DNA of 64,000 bases, from the NCBI GenBank assembly GCA_963663025.1, contig OY760073.1, positions 937,354 through 1,001,353 on the forward strand, written 5' to 3'. The position numbers and the translations under genes were made by a program. Of this stretch, positions 1-9,684 are shown piece after piece (position 1 is the stretch's first letter; each line of letters begins with the position of its first letter). The DNA comes from Dehalococcoidia bacterium (GTDB taxonomy: Bacteria > Chloroflexota > Dehalococcoidia > Lucifugimonadales > JAGWBF01). A model generated the notes under the pieces. The model did not search any database. It saw only the letters and a list, made by a program, of their open reading frames with translations, and had not been told where the DNA came from.

Positions 1-1
1 C

Positions 2-1306
2 GGCTCTGTTCTGATCGAAGGCCAGCTCTTTTCCAGGGTTGGCAAGAGAAGCGAGATTGCGGATATACCCGCCGACAGGGTCATCGACGCCAGCGAGATG
101 GTTGCTACGCCGGGCTTCTGCAACGGCCATATGCACATCAGCTATGCCCATGCCACCAGGGGCATCTTTCCCGACAATCTAAACCCCGGGGTGTACCTCG
201 CCAACGTCTTCAACCTGCAGGGGGCAATGACCGAGGAGGAAGAGTATCTGACCTCGCTCCTGGGGATTACGGAGCTTCTCAAGTACGGGACCACCTGCTT
301 CCTGGACCCCGGCAGCACCAAGTACCCCTCGGTCTGCCTTCAGGCATACGAAGAGTCGGGCTGCCGCATAATCACCGGGGTCCAGGTGGTTGACCAGGAT
401 AATCCCCTGAACATCCCCATTGACCCGACCGGCGTAGCCGTTTCTAAGATGAGAGACATCATCGAGACCTTCGACGGGAAGCTGGACGGGCGGGTGCGGG
501 CCTGGGCTATGCCCTTCTCGGCGGACTACGCTTCCCTGGATCTCCTTAAAGAGGCAAAAGGCCTCGCGGACCTGTACAAAACTGGGCTTACACTGCACCA
601 AAACAATGCGGCGCCGTCGGTCCAGAGGAGCCTGGACAGATACGGACGCAGGCCGGTCGAGCACCTGGAAGATATCGGTGTCCTCGGCTCCAACACCCTC
701 CTGGCCCACGTCATAGGTTTGAACGAGTCGGAGGTGGATGTGATGGCACGGACCAGGACCAATGCGGTCATGTGCCCCACGGCCGCCCTGAAGAGTGGCG
801 GAGGCACCACCTCCAGGGGAATGCTCCCAGAGATGCTGGAAAAGGGTGTCACCGTCGGGCTGGGCACCGACGCAGCTAACAACTCAAACTTGATTGAGAC
901 GATGCGCTCCATGTACCTGGCCGCTGTGCTGTACAAGGACGGGCGTCAAAGCACGGAGATGATAAGCGCCGAGTCCGCCCTGGAGATGGCGACCATAGGA
1001 GGAGCCAAGGCCATGGGTCTTGGCGAAGACATAGGATCCATCGAGGTTGGGAAGAAGGCGGACATGGTGCTGTTCGACACCAGGCGGGCCGAGTGGCGCA
1101 CCCTCTTCAACCCCGTCAACAACCTGGTGTACGGGGCCGATGGGCGTAGCGTCCACACCGTCATCGTGGATGGCAAGGTCAGAGTAGAAGATCACCGGCC
1201 CGTTTACGTTGATGAATGGGACTTGATCCAGAAGGTGCAGGTCCTAGGGACCGAGCTGATGGCCAGGACGGGGGTCAGCTTCCCCAGCCGTTGGCCCCTC
1301 GTCTAG
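2..1306 (+). CDS. amidohydrolase family protein (chlorohydrolase / MTA-SAH / guanine deaminase-like); 5' end outside window
   Basis: The frame of track ORF 98..1306 stays open back to nt 2 (GSVLIEGQLFSRVGKRSEIADIPADRVIDASEMVATPGFCNGHMHISYAH). This is the typical N-terminal strand plus PGFxNxHxH metal motif, so the true start lies upstream of the window. Confidence 0.85.
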   Translation, partial: GSVLIEGQLFSRVGKRSEIADIPADRVIDASEMVATPGFCNGHMHISYAHATRGIFPDNLNPGVYLANVFNLQGAMTEEEEYLTSLLGITELLKYGTTCFLDPGSTKYPSVCLQAYEESGCRIITGVQVVDQDNPLNIPIDPTGVAVSKMRDIIETFDGKLDGRVRAWAMPFSADYASLDLLKEAKGLADLYKTGLTLHQNNAAPSVQRSLDRYGRRPVEHLEDIGVLGSNTLLAHVIGLNESEVDVMARTRTNAVMCPTAALKSGGGTTSRGMLPEMLEKGVTVGLGTDAANNSNLIETMRSMYLAAVLYKDGRQSTEMISAESALEMATIGGAKAMGLGEDIGSIEVGKKADMVLFDTRRAEWRTLFNPVNNLVYGADGRSVHTVIVDGKVRVEDHRPVYVDEWDLIQKVQVLGTELMARTGVSFPSRWPLV

Positions 1307-1374
1307 CTGCCTCATAGCTAAACCCAGAAACCCCGTTTCACCGGCGCATGGGTGGAATCGAAAGGAGAACAGGC

Positions 1375-2364
1375 ATGGCAAGCAAGGTGCGGTTCGGACT
1401 TACGCTATCCAATAGGGGTGTGATCCTGGGCCTGACCAAGCCCGAGGAGATCCTGCAGATGGCCGAGGCCGCCGAAGGCTCCGGGGTGTTCGACCATGTG
1501 TGGGTTGGGGACTCTATCATGGCCAAGCCCCGCATGGAGTGCATCTCCCTGATGTCCGCCATCGCTGCCCGCACCTCTCGCGTCGGCATCGGGGTAGCGT
1601 GCATGGCAACCCTGCCCTCGCGGGACCCCATAGTGCTGGCGTATCAGTGGGCCAGCATGGACCTGCTCTCCAACGGGCGCAGCATCCTGGGAGCATGCAT
1701 GGGTGGGAGCATTGGCGAGCAGGACCATCGCGTCGAATACCGCAACATGGGCATCAAGTCCCTGGACCGGGCGCGCCGCATGGAAGAGAACATTGCGATT
1801 CTGCGCCAGCTCTGGACCGAGGAGCGGGTAAACTTCCAGGGCGAGTTCCACACCCTCGAGGAGGCCTTTATCACCCCCAAGCCAGCCCAGTCGCCTCCAC
1901 CGGTTTGGGTAATCAGCAACCCGCGCCTGAGCACAGGCAAGCCCCACATTATCGAGCGCTCCCTGCGCAGGGTGGCCCAGATGGGAGACGGCTGGATGAC
2001 GACGGCCACCGGCCCCGTTTCCGATTTTGTGGAGTTGAGACGCCGCATTTTCGACTACGCATCTGACTATGACCGCTCCTTCGAAGACCGCCCATGCTCG
2101 GTGTACTACAACATCAACATCAACGAAGATGCAGATGCAGCCTTTGATGAGGCCAAGCGCTACCTTGATCAGTACTACTCGATCAACTACCTCCCGCAGG
2201 TGGTGAAGAACTGGGTGGCCCTGGGGAGCCCCCAGCAGTGCATCGACCAGATCGGGGCATACGTGGACGCCGGAGCGACGGATATTCTGCTGAGAATACC
2301 CTCATGGGACCAGGCGGGGCAGTTCCGTCGCTGCGTCGAGGAGGTACTTCCCCACTTTCGGTAG
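1375..2364 (+). CDS. LLM-class (luciferase-like) flavin/F420-dependent oxidoreductase
   Basis: MASKVRFGLTLSNRG...FDHVWVGDSIMAKPR...LSNGRSILGACMG is typical of the LLM family. ATG 1375 is preceded by GAAAGGAG; the track ORF starts 27 nt earlier. Confidence 0.8.
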   Translation: MASKVRFGLTLSNRGVILGLTKPEEILQMAEAAEGSGVFDHVWVGDSIMAKPRMECISLMSAIAARTSRVGIGVACMATLPSRDPIVLAYQWASMDLLSNGRSILGACMGGSIGEQDHRVEYRNMGIKSLDRARRMEENIAILRQLWTEERVNFQGEFHTLEEAFITPKPAQSPPPVWVISNPRLSTGKPHIIERSLRRVAQMGDGWMTTATGPVSDFVELRRRIFDYASDYDRSFEDRPCSVYYNININEDADAAFDEAKRYLDQYYSINYLPQVVKNWVALGSPQQCIDQIGAYVDAGATDILLRIPSWDQAGQFRRCVEEVLPHFR

Positions 2365-2505
2365 ATTGGGGATCGTTTGGAAGGGCGCTGTCCCGGATGC
2401 TAATATGGAACCAGGCTGGACGCATACGTGCAAATGCCGGAGCACGTTAAGTGCGATGGACCTTCGGGGCGCCGGCGCAACCTGAGATGGGGTGGAAAGC
2501 CTTAT

Positions 2506-3291
2506 ATGAGTAAACTTCTGGACAAACTGGACAGGATCGGCCGCGGCAAGACAGCAAGCTTGGGCTTTGGATCGGCCGGCCGTGCCGAAAAGTTGCCCGC
2601 CATGGCGGTTGTTGGTGTGCTTACTGATCAGAAGGCATATCTGAAGCAGGCCGCCATTCTGAGCGAGGTCGGGGCCGATGCAGTCTTGCTGGAAGGAGCC
2701 TCAACAGGAAAGGCCTTGACAGACCTGGCAAAGAAGCTGGACAGCATTCCCTGGGGTCCCAAGGTGCAGGAGCTCGGTGTAGATAAGGCGGCCGGCTTTC
2801 GAGAAGCTGGCTGCGATTTCCTGGCCTTCGGGCCCGAAAAGGCTCTGCTTGGCGCTATTGAAGGTGAGTCCACGGGCTACTTCCTCTGCGTAGACCCGGG
2901 CATGGAAGAGCGCTTCCTGCGCACCATAGAGGACCTTTCGGTTGACGGTGTGCTCCTGCCTTCTTCGAGCGTGGGTTTGCCTCTAACCGTGGAGCACATG
3001 ATGACCCTGGGTGTCGTCCGGGAGGCCTTCAGTAAGTACCTGTTCCTGGAGCTCCCCGGCCCCATGTCGGCTAGGGAGCTGGAAGGGCTGCGGGATATGG
3101 GAATCGATGGTGTGGTCGTTAATCCCGCCATTCTCCCCAAGGAGGACATCCAGGAGATGATATCCAGCCTGAAGTCCCTGCCCAAGAAGCAGCAGAACAA
3201 GTCCCGCAGACCCGATGCTGTACTTCCCAAGCCGGGAATGGGGTTCGTGTCGGCTCCCGACATAGACGACGATGATGACGACGATGACTAA
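2506..3291 (+). CDS. hypothetical protein, (beta/alpha)-barrel-like repeats, C-terminal poly-Asp tail
   Basis: Long ORF in a coding-dense region. ATG 2506 (MSKLLDKLDRIG) follows GGTGGAAAG. The protein ends DIDDDDDDDD. I recognise no family. Confidence 0.55.
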   Translation: MSKLLDKLDRIGRGKTASLGFGSAGRAEKLPAMAVVGVLTDQKAYLKQAAILSEVGADAVLLEGASTGKALTDLAKKLDSIPWGPKVQELGVDKAAGFREAGCDFLAFGPEKALLGAIEGESTGYFLCVDPGMEERFLRTIEDLSVDGVLLPSSSVGLPLTVEHMMTLGVVREAFSKYLFLELPGPMSARELEGLRDMGIDGVVVNPAILPKEDIQEMISSLKSLPKKQQNKSRRPDAVLPKPGMGFVSAPDIDDDDDDDD

Positions 3292-3334
3292 ACGCTGCCA
3301 GGCTGGGATTACATAACTTACTGGCAATCTCCGT

Positions 3335-4372
3335 ATGACAAACAAGCTAACCATAATCGGCACCGGCTTCATTGGGACATCCTTGGGCTTGGCCATGAAA
3401 GCCCGCGGCTCAGGTGGGTTCCAGATCGTGGGTACTGACATTGACCGCAGCAATGCGGCAGGTGCCGACGCGGCAGGTGCCGTAGACACCACCTCCGACA
3501 ACCTCCGTGAAGCTGTTCAAGGAGCGGATGTGGTGGTGCTTGCCACACCCCTCAGGGCCATGAGGGATGTCATGGGGATTATCGGCCGAGGTCTGGAGGA
3601 TGGATGCCTCGTCACGGACACGGCCGGCATTAAGACACCGGTAATGCAATGGGCTAGGGAGTACCTCCCCGACCGTGTAACCTTCGTCGGTGGGCATCCC
3701 ATCGTGTTCAAGCGAGGGACCGGCCCTGACGCAGCCGATCCCAACCTGTTCGCAGGCTGCCCCTATTGCGTCATTCCGGCCCGGGGAGCCCGGCAGGACC
3801 GCGTGAAGGATGCGGTGCAACTGGTCCAGTCCGTAGGGGCGGTGGACCGGTTCATCGATGCGGCGGAACACGACAGCCTGATCGCCGCCGTGGACAATCT
3901 TCCGCTCCTCCTGTCTGCTGCCCTGATGAGCTGCGCATCCAGAAGCCAGTCCTGGGATGACATCGCCATCCTGGCGTCCCGGTATTTCGGTGAGGTGACC
4001 ACCCTGGCAAAAGAGGACACGGCTGCCGATCAGGACAGTTTCTTCTTCAACGAGGCCGCCACCGTAGCATGGATCGACAACTTCATCCGTGAGCTGTACC
4101 GCATCAGGCAGATCCTGGAATCCGACGATGAAAAGAAGGATAGTGCTTTGACGGACCTGCTAAGGGAGGCGAGAGCAGCCCGGCAAAAGTGGCTGGACGG
4201 CGTTGTGACATCGGAGACGTTGGCTGCCATCGAGGGCGCCAAGGTGCCGCCGAAGTCGAGCATGCTCGATATGGTAGTGGGGGACAGGGAGGCTCGCGAG
4301 AGGGCATTCGGCTGGGGAGGAGGCAGGGTGCCGGACCGCAAGTCCGACGAAAAAAGACGAGGAAAGTGGTGA
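3335..4372 (+). CDS. tyrA: prephenate (arogenate) dehydrogenase
   Basis: N-terminal Rossmann motif IIGTGFIGTSLGLA, followed by VLATPL...DTAGIK...FVGGHPI, typical of TyrA. Confidence 0.85.
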   Translation: MTNKLTIIGTGFIGTSLGLAMKARGSGGFQIVGTDIDRSNAAGADAAGAVDTTSDNLREAVQGADVVVLATPLRAMRDVMGIIGRGLEDGCLVTDTAGIKTPVMQWAREYLPDRVTFVGGHPIVFKRGTGPDAADPNLFAGCPYCVIPARGARQDRVKDAVQLVQSVGAVDRFIDAAEHDSLIAAVDNLPLLLSAALMSCASRSQSWDDIAILASRYFGEVTTLAKEDTAADQDSFFFNEAATVAWIDNFIRELYRIRQILESDDEKKDSALTDLLREARAARQKWLDGVVTSETLAAIEGAKVPPKSSMLDMVVGDREARERAFGWGGGRVPDRKSDEKRRGKW

Positions 4373-5664
4373 TCCGAACCCTCCACAGGCCGGCCAGGCT
4401 GAGGGGTTCCGTGGCTCTGCTAGGCGACAAGTCAGTCTCCCACAGGGCCTTGATGCTGAATTCGATAGCCCATGGCACAGCAACTGTCAGGGGACTTTCC
4501 CTGGGTGACGATGTCGCCTCTACTATGGGTTGCCTGCGAGCAATGGGAGTAGTCATCGAAAAGTTGGATGCTCCCGACATCGTCCGGGTAGCAGGCTCCG
4601 GCGGTGAGCTCCGGGAACCAGAGGATGTGCTGGATGCCGGCAACAGCGGCACCACCATGCGCCTCCTGTCGGGTATCCTCGCGGGACAGCCCTTCACGTC
4701 AGTCCTGTCCGGGGACGGGTCCCTTCGGTCCCGTCCCATGGGCCGCATAGTAGATCCCCTGACCCGCATGGGGGCAAGGATAACGGGACGCAAGGGAGGA
4801 GCCTACGCCCCGTTGACCCTTTCCGGCGGAGGACTAAAGGGAATCGAATACACTCTGCCGGTTGCCAGCGCCCAGGTGAAGTCGTCGATAATGCTTGCCG
4901 GGACACACGCCGAAGGCAAGACCCTGATCCACCAGCCTGCCCTCTCCCGGGACCACACCGAGCTGATGATGCGCGCCATGGGCGTGAATGTGGTGGAGGA
5001 CGGCACAACCATCTGCCTGGAGCCGTCGAAGCTTACAGCCCTGGATGTGATAGTGCCGGGCGATATCAGCTCGGCGGCATTCTGGATAGTTGCGGCGGCT
5101 TGCCACCCCGATTCCGAGCTGACCATCACCAATGCTGGGATCAACCCGACTCGCGGCGGAATCCTGGAGGTGATGGAAAGCATGGGCGCCGATGTTGAGC
5201 TTGTGAACCAGCGTATTGAAGGCGGGGAGCCGGTGGCAGACGTCGTTGTCAAGTCGGGGGACTTGGTAGGGACGGAAATCGGCGGCGATGTGATCCCTCG
5301 CGTAATAGATGAGCTTCCGGTGATTGCCGTAGCTGCATGCTTTGCCAGGGGAAAGACGACGATAATGGATGCGGGCGAGCTTCGGGTCAAGGAGTCAGAC
5401 CGCATTAGCACGACTGTTTCTCAGCTTTCCAGGATGGGCGCTAGAATCGAGGAGCTGCCCGACGGTATGGTGATCGATGGGACAGGGCGGCTAGCGGGGG
5501 CTGAATGCACCAGCGATGGCGACCACCGCATTGCCATGGCCATGGGCATAGCGGGGCTCCTTGCAGAGGGAACGACCATCGTGGATGAGGCGGAAGCGGC
5601 CTCGATTTCGTATCCGACTTTCTGGGGTGAAATCGACGCCATCCTGGCGGGAACCGGGGCATAG
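4366..5664 (+). CDS. aroA: 3-phosphoshikimate 1-carboxyvinyltransferase (EPSP synthase)
   Basis: LLGDKSVSHRALMLNSIAHG...LDAGNSGTTMRLLSGILA...ELRVKESDRI are EPSP synthase signatures. GTG 4366/4369 overlaps the tyrA stop (4370-4372). The track ORF's 59-codon N-terminal extension lies inside tyrA and is rejected. Confidence 0.9.
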   Translation: MVIRTLHRPARLRGSVALLGDKSVSHRALMLNSIAHGTATVRGLSLGDDVASTMGCLRAMGVVIEKLDAPDIVRVAGSGGELREPEDVLDAGNSGTTMRLLSGILAGQPFTSVLSGDGSLRSRPMGRIVDPLTRMGARITGRKGGAYAPLTLSGGGLKGIEYTLPVASAQVKSSIMLAGTHAEGKTLIHQPALSRDHTELMMRAMGVNVVEDGTTICLEPSKLTALDVIVPGDISSAAFWIVAAACHPDSELTITNAGINPTRGGILEVMESMGADVELVNQRIEGGEPVADVVVKSGDLVGTEIGGDVIPRVIDELPVIAVAACFARGKTTIMDAGELRVKESDRISTTVSQLSRMGARIEELPDGMVIDGTGRLAGAECTSDGDHRIAMAMGIAGLLAEGTTIVDEAEAASISYPTFWGEIDAILAGTGA

Positions 5665-5669
5665 CAGGT

Positions 5670-6356
5670 ATGGGGCCGGAACAAGCGGGTTTCGATGTTC
5701 AGCTTCCCCTTGACCAAGGGGAAAGCACGTCAGACAGTGCTGCAAGCCCGATCGAAACAGCGGGACCGGCTCCTCTCCTCATCGTGCTCTCCGGCCCCAG
5801 CGGCGTGGGCAAAGATGCTGTCATGGCAGGTCTCCGCGCCTTGGGCAGGCCCTGGCACTTCGCAATTACGATGACGACGCGCCCAATGCGAGAGGGGGAG
5901 AAGGATGGTGTTGACCACCATTTCGCCGCCTCAGACCGGTTCCTGAGCCTGCGGGATGCCGGTGAGTTGCTGGAGTCGGCCGAGGTGTATGGCAACTGGT
6001 ACGGGGTCCCCAAGCAGCAGGTCAGGGATGCCATGGATCAGGGCCGGGATGTGTTGGTGAGGGTCGATATCCAGGGTGCGGAATCAATCAGAACCCTCGC
6101 GCTGGAGGCGGTGAGCATCTTCCTCGCCCCAGCTGATATGGGCGAGCTGCGGAAACGCCTTGTATCCCGGGCCAGCGAGACCGGAGCAGTCTTGGAGGAA
6201 CGGATCCAGGCGGCCTGGCGGGAGATGGAGCACCTCCCCAAGTTCAACTACCATGTCATTAACAAGGACGGCTGCCTGGAAGAAGCAGTCCGCAACATCG
6301 ATGCCATCGTGACGGCAGAAAAATGCCGAGCAGTCCCCCGGAGAGTGGTGATATAG
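5670..6356 (+). CDS. gmk: guanylate kinase (with a roughly 35-aa N-terminal extension)
   Basis: P-loop LSGPSGVGKD, then TTRPMREGEKDGVDHHF...YGNWYGVPK. Confidence 0.9.
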   Translation: MGPEQAGFDVQLPLDQGESTSDSAASPIETAGPAPLLIVLSGPSGVGKDAVMAGLRALGRPWHFAITMTTRPMREGEKDGVDHHFAASDRFLSLRDAGELLESAEVYGNWYGVPKQQVRDAMDQGRDVLVRVDIQGAESIRTLALEAVSIFLAPADMGELRKRLVSRASETGAVLEERIQAAWREMEHLPKFNYHVINKDGCLEEAVRNIDAIVTAEKCRAVPRRVVI

Positions 6357-6416
6357 CGCAGACTAGGCGGTTAGCGCCGTGGGCAGCCTTGGATCTGCCC
6401 GTTAAGAGAACCGAGT

Positions 6417-7316
6417 ATGGACCGTAACGAAACGCCAAACACACCCCAGAGGCTGCCTAGCTGGATGAAGGTCCGGATGCCCGGCGGGCCGAACTACATT
6501 CAGTTGAAGAACCTGCTGAAGGACTCCCAGCTTCACACGGTCTGTGAAGAAGCCCGGTGTCCCAACATCGGGGAGTGCTGGGAAGCCCGCAGCGCGACCT
6601 TCATGATCCTGGGGGACATCTGCACTCGCCGGTGCCACTATTGCGCCGTGACGACGGGCAGGCCCATCGGCATAGACGTCTACGAGCCCGAGAGGCTGGC
6701 CCAAAGCGTGGCGCGGCTGGGACTGAACTACTGCGTTATCACTTCGGTGAACCGGGACGACCTGGCCGATGGCGGTGCCTTGATATTCGCAGCATGTATA
6801 CGGAAGATCAGGGAGCTGCTGCCCGATTGCAAGGTTGAGGTACTTATTCCCGATTTCGGAGGTTCATGGAAGGCCCTTGGAAAGGTGATGGACGCCAAGC
6901 CCGATGTGCTGAACCACAATATCGAATCAGTGAAGCGAGTATTCCCCAGGGTTCGTCCCTCGGGTGACTACGGCATATCCTTGGAGCTCCTGGCACAAGC
7001 AAAGCAGATGAATCCCGATGTGCCCACAAAGTCGGGAATAATCGTCGGGATGGGTGAAGAGCTCGAGGAAGTAACGGAGACTATGAAGGATCTGCGTGAG
7101 GTGGACTGCGACCTTCTGACCGTCGGACAGTATCTTAGGCCTTCGCCGAAGCACCTGCCGGTCTCCCGCTACTACACTCCCGCCGAATTCGAAGCGCTGG
7201 CCGAAACAGGGCGCTCCCTGGGATTCAAGCACGTTGCCTCTGGTCCCCTGGTACGAAGCTCATACCACGCAGACCGGCAGCACGAGGCTGCATCCCGCCA
7301 GCACGCCCTCTCCTAG
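6417..7316 (+). CDS. lipA: lipoyl synthase
   Basis: Two Cys clusters, CEEARCPNIGEC and CTRRCHYCAV (radical-SAM CxxxCxxC). Confidence 0.95.
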   Translation: MDRNETPNTPQRLPSWMKVRMPGGPNYIQLKNLLKDSQLHTVCEEARCPNIGECWEARSATFMILGDICTRRCHYCAVTTGRPIGIDVYEPERLAQSVARLGLNYCVITSVNRDDLADGGALIFAACIRKIRELLPDCKVEVLIPDFGGSWKALGKVMDAKPDVLNHNIESVKRVFPRVRPSGDYGISLELLAQAKQMNPDVPTKSGIIVGMGEELEEVTETMKDLREVDCDLLTVGQYLRPSPKHLPVSRYYTPAEFEALAETGRSLGFKHVASGPLVRSSYHADRQHEAASRQHALS

Positions 7317-7323
7317 GCGGGCG

Positions 7324-8001
7324 TTACACCTCCAGGACCTCCAGCAGGTCCGACATGCTCTCGCATATGTGGGTGGGGTCTTCACGGATGAGGGCATCCC
7401 GGTTCAGGGTACCCCACATGGCAGCCGTCCCCGCCATGCCGCAGTTCCGGGCGCACTGGATGTCAACAGGGCTGTCCCCTACGTACATGGCGCTATCGGG
7501 TTTCGCAGTCAGGGCATCTAACACCTGTCGTAAGCCCGTCGGATTCGGCTTGTAGGGCCGGCGATTGTCCAGGAACCGCACATGGTCGAACAAGCTTCCT
7601 ATGCCCGAGATTTCCAGTTCCATCCTGCCGTACTTCTGGCGCTTGTCCGAGAATAGGGCAAGGCGGTACCCTGCGCTCTTTAGAGCGGTCAGGGTGTCGG
7701 CAACCCCTGGGAAAAGGCCCCCGGCGTCCTGAATATGGGCGATGTAGAGGCTCATGTATTCTTCCATAGCGCCATCGGGGTTGTGGGGGAAGAGGTTGCC
7801 CACATGCCTCACAAAAGGCACTATGAAGGTAGAGGCCACCGTTTCTTCAAAGGGCGGCTCCACACCCATCGAATCGGCGGTCCGCCCGATTGTCTTTACA
7901 TGGTAAGTCCAGCTATTCCAGAGTGTCTGGTCCCAGTCGAAGACGATCAGGCCCGGTTTGCATTGCCCCGCTGGAGATGGACTTGCCTCTGCTGGGTTCA
8001 T
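7324..8001 (-). CDS. HAD-superfamily hydrolase (phosphatase-like)
   Basis: Motif I-like LIVFDWDQTLW and a C-terminal YVGDSPVDIQCA motif. Confidence 0.75.
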   Translation of the reverse strand: MNPAEASPSPAGQCKPGLIVFDWDQTLWNSWTYHVKTIGRTADSMGVEPPFEETVASTFIVPFVRHVGNLFPHNPDGAMEEYMSLYIAHIQDAGGLFPGVADTLTALKSAGYRLALFSDKRQKYGRMELEISGIGSLFDHVRFLDNRRPYKPNPTGLRQVLDALTAKPDSAMYVGDSPVDIQCARNCGMAGTAAMWGTLNRDALIREDPTHICESMSDLLEVLEV

Positions 8002-8108
8002 ACCCGGTGCGGTATCTCCCTTAGACTATGGGTAGTATGATGGATGGCCCCGGTGGGGCAGCGGGCTGTGCGGTTACAGACCGCCAAGGCTCATAGGGGA
8101 CGCTTAGC

Positions 8109-9684
8109 TTGGAACACCCCGGCATCATATATCAGAACGCTAACCTGCTCCAGTGCGTCACGTCAGGGGTGGCGTTGCCGGACTCCGGGCTTGGTTTCGT
8201 GGCCGTAAGGGACGGGCGGATTGTGGCAATCGGTCCCGCTGAAGCAGCATCCTCGGTAAGCGACCAGGAAACCCGCATGATCGACTGCCAGGGGTACACG
8301 CTGCTTCCGGGTTTTGTCGATGCCCACTGTCACTTTCTGGCCCTTGCCAGCCGCCTGAGCGCCATCGATTGCGGGCGTGAGCGGGCGTCGACCATACCCC
8401 AGTTGGTGAACGTAATAGCGCAGGGTTCGGCTGAAGCCCGGAGCAGGAAATGGGATGGGCAGGGTTGGATCCGCGCCTTTGGCTACGACGAGTTCTACCT
8501 GGACGAGGGACGGCATCCTACCCGCTGGGAGTTGGACCAGGTGTCAATGACCCACCCACTACGCCTGGACCACAGGACGGGCCATGCCATGGTGCTGAAC
8601 AGCTTCGCCTTGGACCTGCTTCACATAACAAGGGACACTCCCGACCCTGTCGATGGCGTCATCCAACGGGACGAGGTGTCAGGGGAGCCTACCGGGATAC
8701 TCCTGGAAATGGGCCGATGGGTCAGGAAGAGGCTGGGTCATACCCGGAGTGAAGATGAGATTTGCAGGGATGCCAATGTGGCCAGCGACCTATTTCTTTC
8801 GAAGGGCGTTACGTCGTTACAGGATGCCACCCCGACCAACAGCCAGAAGCAGTGGGAGCTTTTCGCAAGTCTCAGGAGATCAGGCTGCGTGGTTCCCAGG
8901 GTGAACATGATGATGGGGGCCGGCTGCACAAACCCCGGGGACAGAGCAGAAAATGAGGCCCCGCGAAGACGCCGGGCTGCGCCTTGGAGCAGCGAAGATC
9001 ATGGCAACCCTGACCACGGGCGCCCTTCAGCCTTCCGAGGAGGATCTGAGGACGCTGATCCTCAGGGAGCACATGCAGGGCTCCCAGGTCGCCGTACACG
9101 CCGTCGAGGCTGAGGTTGTGGAAGCGGTTGCCGACGCCCTGCTGTATGCCCAAGCTGTCGCTCCCCGGCCCGATGCCAGGCACCGTATCGAGCACTGTTC
9201 CGAGTGTCCTCCTCGTGCGGTGGAAAAGATAGCCGCGACAGGGGCGGTGGTCGTGACCCAGCCGGGGTTTATCTACGATGTCGGTGATCGGTACAGCGGA
9301 CTGGCAGAGAGTCGCAACCTTCCCCACCTCTATCCTATTGCAGGCCTCGCTACCGCCGGCGTTCCCATCGGCGCGGGTTCTGACTCTCCGGTCACTTATC
9401 CTGACCCTATGGCTAGCATCTGCGCCGCCGTTACTCGCAGGACAAGGGCCGGCGCAGTTCTAGGCCGCGGCCAAGGGATATCGGTGGAGGATGCCCTGGC
9501 CATGTACACCCGGGGAGGGGCGTACGCATCCTTCGAGGAGCATCGAAAGGGCACCATGAAGGTAGGATACCTGGCAGATTTCGTGCTTCTGGAGAAGGAT
9601 CCCACCGCCGTCTTTCCGGGCGCTCTAGGGGACATACGCCCCCTGATAACTGTGATAGGCGGAGAGGTGGTCTGGGAGGCCTAG
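8109..9684 (+). pseudogene. YtcJ-like amidohydrolase (amidohydrolase_3) split by an apparent +1-nt indel
   Basis: Track ORFs 8109..9113 (frame 0) and 8953..9684 (frame 1) are the N- and C-terminal halves of one enzyme: PGFVDAHCHF... then ...HAVEAEVVEAV...RIEHCSE...VVTQPGF...GAGSDSPV. The sense of frame 0 is lost after about 8940. Frame 1 is open from 8917. The candidate indel site is G5 at 8916-8920 or CCCCGGGG at 8933-8940. Confidence 0.8.

Noticed and set aside
4189-4365. N-terminal extensions of track ORFs that reach into the preceding gene. Examples are aroA 4189-4365, NHL 16896-17111, apgM 38329-38508, purD 43356-43499, purB 46565-46654, the hisZ-like gene 56255-56563 and rnd 25879-25980.
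   Set aside because: The family-conserved N-termini begin at internal starts with SD-like sequences or 4-nt overlaps. The extensions overlap upstream genes or intergenic DNA and look non-protein-like.
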